Source of the DNA: Candidatus Parcubacteria bacterium
GTDB taxonomy: Bacteria > Patescibacteriota > Minisyncoccia > Phycocordibacterales > PALSA-1337
Assembly: GCA_039799225.1 (NCBI GenBank)
Contig: JBDLTF010000001.1
Location: forward strand, 42,488-106,487
Direction: 5' to 3'
Length of the DNA stretch: 64,000 nt
The notes under the pieces are model-generated. The model saw only the letters and a program-made list of their open reading frames with translations, was not told the DNA's origin and did not search any database. Below are positions 29,607 to 36,696 of the stretch, piece by piece. Made by a program: the position numbers and the translations under genes. Within the stretch, counting starts at the first letter, position 1; every line of letters begins with the position of its first letter.

Positions 29607-30764
29607 ATGAATACACTTATGAAAAAAACATGCACACTAGCCTTAGCGACATATATCATCGCCGTATCCATCGCACCGATAACTATATATGCAGATACTG
29701 GATCAAATACCACCTCTGGAAATTCTGTCGCGACCTATACATTGCTTGAACCATTACCTTGTCTCAATGACGGAACACAAAAATGTACGGATGGGGGGAT
29801 AGTTACACAGGTAAACTTCGCCGACTATGTTCGTTATATGTTCAATTTGATTATTGCACTCTCAGCCGTTGCGGCAGTGCTCGTCATTGTCGCTGGAGGA
29901 TTCAAATATGTCACCACCGACTCATTCCAAGGCAAGAATGACGGAAAGAAGATGATACTTGAGGCACTCAAAGGACTTCTGCTGGTACTCTGTTCTTACC
30001 TTATCCTCAGAACAATCGACCCTCGTCTTGTGGATATACCTTCGACAATAGTGAAGCCTCTTCCGATCAGTTATCAAAAAGGAGTGACTTACGGTTATTT
30101 CGACCAGCTCGCATCAGAAGCTAGCAAGTATAATGCGAATGATCGAGCAGCCGTACTCGCTCGAGAAGTAGCGAAGAAACAGACTCAGGATCTCAAAAAT
30201 CAGCTGGATATAATTGACGAGAAGCTAGGAAAAATATACAGCGGTGATGCAGAAGCGACTCAGGAAGAAATAAATTCACTGAGTAAACAACGTGCGCTTA
30301 TTTCTGATCAGATAAATGGAACTATTTCTGAGGCAACAATACAAAATGCTATTGCTATATACAACGCACAAATGCGAAATGTGGTTGACCCTAAGGATGA
30401 AGTCACTCTCGACACGATAGAAGCCTACCTGAATAACATTCAGAAAGTGAATGCTTCAACACAAGAACAACTCAACAAGAATTTGAATGAAGAGACACCT
30501 GAGCAGAAAGAAAAGCTCGCAAATGAAAAATCCTATTCGGAAGCTAGAATACTCATAGTGAAATACGAACATTTCACCACTTCGCTCGATCCAAAAGCAG
30601 TTGATGCTGCAATAGCAAAACTGAATTCACTAAAGACAACCACTATCGCATCGATTACTGACAAAACACGAAGAGATGAATTGACCAGCGCTGCAGATAA
30701 AGCGATCGAGAGCTTGAAGGCAAGCATTAGCACTGACGCTTATGATGGTGGTGTAATGTATTAA
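29607..30764 (+). CDS. T4SS-like operon gene 11: signal peptide plus two hydrophobic helices separated by a short loop (VirB2/TrbC-pilin-like topology), then a roughly 230-aa coiled-coil extension
   Basis: 385 aa. Confidence 0.4.
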   Translation: MNTLMKKTCTLALATYIIAVSIAPITIYADTGSNTTSGNSVATYTLLEPLPCLNDGTQKCTDGGIVTQVNFADYVRYMFNLIIALSAVAAVLVIVAGGFKYVTTDSFQGKNDGKKMILEALKGLLLVLCSYLILRTIDPRLVDIPSTIVKPLPISYQKGVTYGYFDQLASEASKYNANDRAAVLAREVAKKQTQDLKNQLDIIDEKLGKIYSGDAEATQEEINSLSKQRALISDQINGTISEATIQNAIAIYNAQMRNVVDPKDEVTLDTIEAYLNNIQKVNASTQEQLNKNLNEETPEQKEKLANEKSYSEARILIVKYEHFTTSLDPKAVDAAIAKLNSLKTTTIASITDKTRRDELTSAADKAIESLKASISTDAYDGGVMY

Positions 30765-30777
30765 TCGATAGATTTCT

Positions 30778-32100
30778 ATGAAAAAAATCCTCCCCGTACT
30801 CCTCATATTCCTCATCCTCGCAGCCACGGGGTATTGGTATTTCTTCATGCGCACATCAACAACTGGTACAACACCTGATACGACTGGAACTGATCAGCAG
30901 GGAGGATTCCAGCCATTTGGAAGACCTTCAACAGGAGGTCAGCAAGGAACAGAGACCGGGAGCATTCCTGTAGTTTCAACAAGCACTGATGTATCAACTC
31001 CAGTCAAAATACCCACCCTCCGCCTCTTGAGTGCTACGCCTGTCGGAGGATACGGCGCCAGCACGACCGCTAGCACGACCGTTATACGTTGGGTAGATCG
31101 CGGAAGGGGCAACATATACGAGGCACGTGGTAACACTCTCGATACCATCACTATATCCAATACCATCGTTCCAAGGATATACCAAAGTATATGGAATAAG
31201 GCCGCAAATGCATTTATCGCTTCAACACTCGACGAGGATGGAGCATCTATAGGCTCAGTCTACGCCGACATCAAAGCCCGCATCATTCCCAAGGCTGCTA
31301 CAAGCACCTCGGCCACAAGCACACCTAGACTCGGACTTGGAGTAGGGGCGGATGGGCAGACTATCACTCCTTATGAGCTTAAGGGTAAAAACCTTCCTGA
31401 GAATATCGTTGCATACGCCGCATCTCCGAAGAGAGACAAACTTTTCATGCTTGTCGATGATAATGGTACTGGCATAGGCTATGTATCCACATTCGATGGA
31501 AAGTCCGTGACTCAGATCTTCAGCACTCCACTCACCCAACTCAATGTAGAATGGCCTGAGGAGAATACGATTGCTCTAACAACAAAGGGTACAGCTAGCG
31601 AAGGGGGGTACCTCTACTTTGTTAACGCAAAGACAGGTATCTGGAGTAAAATTCTCGGTCCACTCGCGGGTATAAGTACTCGTGTGAGTACTGATGCCAA
31701 GCGTGTACTTGTATCTACCACCGGTAGCAACAAGAATGTTCTTGCGAGTATTTATACCGTTGCCGACAAGAAGGGTATAGATGCAATCGTCAGAACACTC
31801 GCCGACAAATGTATTTGGGGTAATTTCTATAAAGAAATGGTGTACTGTGCGACACCATCACAACCAACAGCAGGAATATATCCTGATGACTGGTACACAG
31901 GAACTATTTCGACCGTAGACAAGATATGGCAGATCAACGGAGCAACGGGGGAGATTCAACTCGTCTCTTCTATAATCGATACTTCCGACCGTGTCATCAA
32001 TGCATTCAATCTCGGTCTAGATCAGAAGGACAACTTCCTCTTCTTCATGAATAAAGATGACTTATCTCTCTGGTCACTCGACTTGGTTTCAAGCAACTAG
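30778..32100 (+). CDS. T4SS-like operon gene 12: membrane-anchored or secreted hypothetical protein
   Basis: 440 aa with an N-terminal TM. Confidence 0.5.
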   Translation: MKKILPVLLIFLILAATGYWYFFMRTSTTGTTPDTTGTDQQGGFQPFGRPSTGGQQGTETGSIPVVSTSTDVSTPVKIPTLRLLSATPVGGYGASTTASTTVIRWVDRGRGNIYEARGNTLDTITISNTIVPRIYQSIWNKAANAFIASTLDEDGASIGSVYADIKARIIPKAATSTSATSTPRLGLGVGADGQTITPYELKGKNLPENIVAYAASPKRDKLFMLVDDNGTGIGYVSTFDGKSVTQIFSTPLTQLNVEWPEENTIALTTKGTASEGGYLYFVNAKTGIWSKILGPLAGISTRVSTDAKRVLVSTTGSNKNVLASIYTVADKKGIDAIVRTLADKCIWGNFYKEMVYCATPSQPTAGIYPDDWYTGTISTVDKIWQINGATGEIQLVSSIIDTSDRVINAFNLGLDQKDNFLFFMNKDDLSLWSLDLVSSN

Positions 32101-32114
32101 AATAGCTTGGTAAC

Positions 32115-32145
32115 AAAAAAGCACATCTCTCAATGTGCTTTTTTG
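32115..32145. terminator. Bidirectional terminator aaaaaagcacat-ctctca-atgtgctttttt between the convergent operon and yidC
   Basis: Perfect hairpin with A/T runs. Confidence 0.6.
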
Positions 32146-32154
32146 TTACTGGAA

Positions 32155-32895
32155 CTATTTATTTATATGTTTCTTACGAATATAGAGTTCTTGAGCGAGA
32201 GTGAAGAGAGTGCTTGTTGACCAATAGATAGCGATGATAGCTGCTGCTTGAGGGAATCTGGACGGAATAAGCCAATACGTCGAAGCGAATGCGAGGATAG
32301 GGAGCAAATACTTCATCTGCTTGTTCATCGAGTTCGATATCTGACTTGCGGCATCATTGGTATTCGAAGGAGCTGTAGGCTTTGATGCAAGTGAGTATTT
32401 AAGCTGAAAATACTGTATACCTGCGGTTATAAGCGACAATATAAGACTTTTTTGTGTAAGATCCACGAGACCAAGGAAATGTGTCTTGATTATAGGTACC
32501 GATATGAAGCTATAGAGATATTCAGGATGAATATCTGGAATAATCTTATAGAAGACCGAGATGATAGCGAAGAGAACGGGAAGTTGTATGAAGACAAGGA
32601 GGACACCAGAGAATGGTTTAACACCTTTGGACTTGTAGAGCTCCATAATCTTAAGAGCTTGAGTCTGCTTATCCTTCCCATACTGAGCTCTGATCTGAGC
32701 GGCCTCAGGCTCGATATCCTTCATTTTGACCTGAGTAAGCAAAGAAGCCTTCGAGAGGGGGTAGAGAACGAGCTTCACGAGCACAGTAAACACGATGACA
32801 GCAATACCGACATCAATCCATGGAACAAGGTCCATAATACCGATAAGGCCGTTATAGAGCGGGCGGAATATAATTTCATTGTACATGCCGTACAT
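32155..32895 (-). CDS. yidC: Membrane protein insertase YidC (short Gram-positive-type form)
   Basis: 246 aa. Five TM helices and conserved position downstream of rnpA. Confidence 0.8.
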   Translation of the reverse strand: MYGMYNEIIFRPLYNGLIGIMDLVPWIDVGIAVIVFTVLVKLVLYPLSKASLLTQVKMKDIEPEAAQIRAQYGKDKQTQALKIMELYKSKGVKPFSGVLLVFIQLPVLFAIISVFYKIIPDIHPEYLYSFISVPIIKTHFLGLVDLTQKSLILSLITAGIQYFQLKYSLASKPTAPSNTNDAASQISNSMNKQMKYLLPILAFASTYWLIPSRFPQAAAIIAIYWSTSTLFTLAQELYIRKKHINK

Positions 32896-32896
32896 A

Positions 32897-33232
32897 CTAC
32901 CTCAAAAGACCTGCTTTCACAAAGAGATCCTTGATGTCTGCAGCGATATCAACTTGTTTTGCATTCAACACAGTCTGCTTGGCAAATACTGCAGCATGAA
33001 CACCTGGCTTGATCGATGCTTTGATTGTACGCACAGCTTCATAAGCCTTTCTACGGATCTTATTGCGCATCGTCGCTGTCTTCGATACTTTCTGTGGAGT
33101 TACTGCAGCTACTCGGATATCTGGCATTCCCGATACTGCACGTATGAGAAAAAGGGAAGAGTGGAATACTCTTCCTTTTTCCATAACGGAGTCGAATTGT
33201 TCAACAGAGAGCCTCTGTGAACGTGAAAGCAT
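32897..33232 (-). CDS. rnpA: RNase P protein component
   Basis: 111 aa, basic. Conserved position in the rpmH-rnpA-yidC operon. Confidence 0.8.
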   Translation of the reverse strand: MLSRSQRLSVEQFDSVMEKGRVFHSSLFLIRAVSGMPDIRVAAVTPQKVSKTATMRNKIRRKAYEAVRTIKASIKPGVHAAVFAKQTVLNAKQVDIAADIKDLFVKAGLLR

Positions 33233-33235
33233 GGC

Positions 33236-33370
33236 TTAAACAGCGACGCGAGTGCGTCCCTTTGCGCGGCGGCGAGCAAGAACCTTGCGGCCTGGGGCAG
33301 TCTTCATACGGACACGGAATCCGTGTGACTTTGCGCGCTTGCGCTTGTTCGGGTTATAGGTGAATGACAT
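33236..33370 (-). CDS. rpmH: 50S ribosomal protein L34
   Basis: 44 aa, below the ORF-track cutoff. Manual translation gives [44 protein letters not shown]. Confidence 0.85.
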   Translation of the reverse strand: MSFTYNPNKRKRAKSHGFRVRMKTAPGRKVLARRRAKGRTRVAV

Positions 33371-33423
33371 AGGTGCATACTATAAATCAAAACTGATAAT
33401 TTCGCAAGTATTTAGAGTTTCTA

Positions 33424-33541
33424 CTAGAACACAAGGAAAGATGTGTGCAAACTGCCATGTAGGCACAGTGAATTACATATAATGTCCTCCAAGAAACTTT
33501 GCCGGTATGGCAGTTTGCACACATCTTTCCTTGTGTTCTAG
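33424..33541. promoter_or_regulatory. Perfect 35-bp inverted repeat (ctagaacacaaggaaagatgtgtgcaaactgccat, arms at 33424-33458 and 33507-33541) in the rpmH-dnaA intergenic region. Putative oriC or dnaA-promoter element, flanked by DnaA-box-like TTATCAACA.
   Basis: Exact reverse-complement match of 35 nt around a 48-nt spacer. Confidence 0.5.
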
Positions 33542-33628
33542 TTGTCCCCAACTTATCAACATAAATTTTATCTCTCCACAAGTTTGCAAATCTATAAACA
33601 GGTATATACTTACTGGGCATCAAATCCT

Positions 33629-34975
33629 ATGAATGACTTCACGAAAATGTGGCAAACTGCGCTCATAGAGATAGAGACTGCCGTCTCCCAAGCTAATTTT
33701 TCAACCTGGTTCAAAGATATCAAGATACTGCGCGAGGATGAGGGGGTAGTCTATCTCGGGGTTCCGAACTCATTTACTCATGAGTGGCTCCAAAAGAAGT
33801 TCCATAACTCGATTTTGCGTATTTTGCGCCAAATGAATGAGCGTGTTCGTGCTCTTGAGTACGTGATCGTCAAAGAAGAGGGTAAGGGGGGACACCAAGC
33901 CAAGAAGGATGCCTTGAATATGCCTACAATCGCGATGCCTTTGCAGGATTTCTATATAAACAGGGAGGACAACCTCAATCCTCGCTATACATTCGAGTCT
34001 CTGGTCGTTGGACCATTCAATGAAGTCGCTCATGCTGCTTCCCAGAGCGTTGTGAAGGCTCCAGGACAGTCATATAACCCACTCTTCATATACGGACAGA
34101 CTGGTCGTGGTAAGACTCATATGATTCAGGCTGTCGGAAATCAGATAAAGAGCCTATTCCCAGACAAGAAAGTCTTCTATCTAACCTCGGAAAGGTTCGG
34201 TTCTGAGCTTTTTGCAGCAATTCAAGAGGCGAAGGTTCAAGCATTCAAGGATAGATACAGGAAGTATGACGTTATTATTATGGACGACGTTCAATTCTTC
34301 GCAGGAAAGGAGAAATTCCAAGAGGAACTATTCCATTTCTTCAATACATTCTATGATTCTGCTCGTCAGCTCGTATTCTCGTCAGATAAGCACCCAAATG
34401 TCATCCCTGGCCTTGAAGATCGTCTCAAGGGTAGATTCAACGCAGGAATGATTATAGATATACCTGAGCCTGATCAGGAATCCCGTATGATGATTGTGCG
34501 TACGAAGTGTACTCCACACAATATAACCCTCTCTGATGACGTAATCGACTATATAGCATCATCTATAGAGGACAATATCCGCGAGATAGAAGGTATCATC
34601 AATGTGATTGCCTGCCAGACTCAGCTCAAGAACAGGGAACTAAGTCTCAATGAGATTAAGAATATCCTCAAAAACAACGTAAAACCTAAGAAGATGATGT
34701 CTGTAAAGGATGTTGTGAAGATCGTATCTGAGTTCTATAACATCGATGAGGATAGTATATACAACAAAACTCGTCGAAAGGAGGTTGTAAGGCCTCGTCA
34801 GGTAGTCATGTACATCTTAAGAGAGGATTTCGGCATATCATTCCCTTCTATAGGAGAGAAACTTGGAGGAAGAGATCATACGACTGTTATCCACTCATAT
34901 GAGAAGATGCGAGAGGAGATAAAAACTGATCAATTACTCTCTCAGGAGATTACCCAAGTCCGTACGATGCTGTAG
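33629..34975 (+). CDS. dnaA: Chromosomal replication initiator DnaA
   Basis: AAA+ Walker A GQTGRGKTH, box VII, and a C-terminal HTH. The real start is probably MNDFTKMWQ at 33629, not the upstream 33542. Confidence 0.9.
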   Translation: MNDFTKMWQTALIEIETAVSQANFSTWFKDIKILREDEGVVYLGVPNSFTHEWLQKKFHNSILRILRQMNERVRALEYVIVKEEGKGGHQAKKDALNMPTIAMPLQDFYINREDNLNPRYTFESLVVGPFNEVAHAASQSVVKAPGQSYNPLFIYGQTGRGKTHMIQAVGNQIKSLFPDKKVFYLTSERFGSELFAAIQEAKVQAFKDRYRKYDVIIMDDVQFFAGKEKFQEELFHFFNTFYDSARQLVFSSDKHPNVIPGLEDRLKGRFNAGMIIDIPEPDQESRMMIVRTKCTPHNITLSDDVIDYIASSIEDNIREIEGIINVIACQTQLKNRELSLNEIKNILKNNVKPKKMMSVKDVVKIVSEFYNIDEDSIYNKTRRKEVVRPRQVVMYILREDFGISFPSIGEKLGGRDHTTVIHSYEKMREEIKTDQLLSQEITQVRTML

Positions 34976-35200
34976 TTGGGGAAAAGTCTGTGAATAAGTT
35001 GTATATAGAGTAGGAAAAGTCTGTGGGTAAACCGATAAGTAATACACATAAACATCTCAGGAAAAAACCAGATAAAAACTTTCAACAAGATGTTTAAAAT
35101 AAAAAACCTATAGCACTCATATCTGAAGCCATTAAATTAATTTATACACATACCCACAGGACTAATAACGAATGTGTGATTAAATAAATAAAAAACTACT
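34976..35200. promoter_or_regulatory. Putative oriC: AT-rich dnaA-dnaN spacer with DnaA-box-like 9-mers TGTGAATAA, TGTGGGTAA, and CCACAGG on the opposite strand
   Basis: Boxes one mismatch from TTATCCACA, AT-rich runs (the DNA unwinding element), and a position typical of Firmicutes-type origins. Confidence 0.5.
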
Positions 35201-36307
35201 ATGAAGATAGATATTGGATTCAAAAAACTGAAAGACACGATCCAACTCATAGAAAGAGTTGCAGGGAAGCATCAGACATTGCCTGTGCTCTCATGTATTC
35301 TCATAGAAGTAGATAAGAATACTGCCACATTCAAGGCGACCAATCTGGATGTTGGGGTAGAGGTTGTTGTTCCTGTTAAATCAGATGGTTCAGGTACTAT
35401 AGCTGTTCCAGCCCACACTATATCTTCATTCATCTCTCAGGCGAGTGATCAGAATCAAATCATATCTATTGAAGTTATATCAGGAAATGCTCATATCAAG
35501 ACTAATAAGTCGAAAGGAGTTATAAAAACACTTCCAGTAGATGATTTTCCTTCTATACCAAAAGTCTCTGATGGTCAGGAATATTCAATCTCCCCAGAAG
35601 TATTCATTCAGGGATTGAGCTCAGTTTCATACAGCGCATCAATATCGAGTGTAAAGCCAGAACTTTCGAGTATATATGTGTACAAAGATGGGGAATACCT
35701 CACATTTGTGGCGACTGACTCATTCCGTCTTGCTGAGAAAAAGATCAAGAATGGAAGCGGATCGAAGGTTGTTGATACATTGATACCATTTAAGAATACT
35801 CAAGATATTATACGCATACTCCAGAGTATGGGTTCTTCGGTGACAGTTAGAGCGAATAAGAATCTTATCTCATTTGAGAATGATGGGGTATATATAGTAT
35901 CGCGTGTTATTGATGGAGTATTTCCTGATTATAGACAAATTATCCCTAAGGCATTCACTACTGAAGTTGTAGCTCTTAAACAAGATATTCTCAACTCATT
36001 GAAGATATCGAATATTTTCTCTGATAAATTCAATCAAGTTCATCTTACTATAGATCCAAAAGGTAAAATGTTTGAGATACAGACCAAGAATAGTGATATT
36101 GGAGAAAATCAAACACTTGTAGATGCTGCTCTGACAGGGGATAGAATGGAGATTAACTTCAACTATAGATATCTCATAGATGGATTCCAGTCGATAGATG
36201 CCGACAGTGTATCTCTACAACTCAATGGTTTGAATCGTCCTGTGGTCATTAAACCAGTGTCAGGTGACCAAACATTCCTCTACCTAGTGATGCCGATGAA
36301 CAGATAG
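35201..36307 (+). CDS. dnaN: DNA polymerase III beta sliding clamp
   Basis: 368 aa with a three-domain clamp pattern, downstream of dnaA. Confidence 0.85.
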   Translation: MKIDIGFKKLKDTIQLIERVAGKHQTLPVLSCILIEVDKNTATFKATNLDVGVEVVVPVKSDGSGTIAVPAHTISSFISQASDQNQIISIEVISGNAHIKTNKSKGVIKTLPVDDFPSIPKVSDGQEYSISPEVFIQGLSSVSYSASISSVKPELSSIYVYKDGEYLTFVATDSFRLAEKKIKNGSGSKVVDTLIPFKNTQDIIRILQSMGSSVTVRANKNLISFENDGVYIVSRVIDGVFPDYRQIIPKAFTTEVVALKQDILNSLKISNIFSDKFNQVHLTIDPKGKMFEIQTKNSDIGENQTLVDAALTGDRMEINFNYRYLIDGFQSIDADSVSLQLNGLNRPVVIKPVSGDQTFLYLVMPMNR

Positions 36308-36568
36308 ATGCTTAATATATCTGAATTCTTCAAGAGGGTGCAGGGAAAGCATGCGAAAGAAGTCGTCGTAAGGACTTCTGTATGTGATGCTATACGTAAG
36401 TATGCAGGATTTGATATCCCTATGGAGAAGGTTAATTTCAATTCAGATACAGTAGTTCTTGAAGGACTTACTGCAATGCAAAAATCTCAGATCTATATCA
36501 AGAAGCAAGCTATTCTCGACGAAGCCAATTCTCAGCAGTCTATTCGTGTGATAGGGGATATTAGGTAG
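36308..36568 (+). CDS. Small protein after dnaN, possibly DUF721/DciA-like
   Basis: 86 aa. Only the position and size suggest this. Confidence 0.3.
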   Translation: MLNISEFFKRVQGKHAKEVVVRTSVCDAIRKYAGFDIPMEKVNFNSDTVVLEGLTAMQKSQIYIKKQAILDEANSQQSIRVIGDIR

Positions 36569-36570
36569 CT

Positions 36571-36684
36571 TCACAGAGCAGCGCGCATGTGTGCGGCAAC
36601 GCTGCATGCGCAGCTTCTTGAAATCATTTACATTTGTTCACTTCGCATGCAGCGTTGCCGCACACATGCGCGCTGCTCTGTGAT
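36571..36684. repeat. Giant perfect palindrome, element A: 40-bp arms tcacagagcagcgcgcatgtgtgcggcaacgctgcatgcg around a 34-nt AT-rich loop
   Basis: Exact reverse-complement arms. GC-rich. Shares the core GCGCATGTGTGCG(G)CAAC with the element at 51292-51410. Confidence 0.7.
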
Positions 36685-36696
36685 GATACTTATTTA

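Noticed and set aside
36571-36684. The 40-bp-arm palindrome as merely the dnaN / PBP1A bidirectional terminator
   Set aside because: A terminator role is possible for this copy. But its size, its perfect arms and the existence of a paralogue with the same core between divergent genes argue for a repeat-element family, so it is reported as such.
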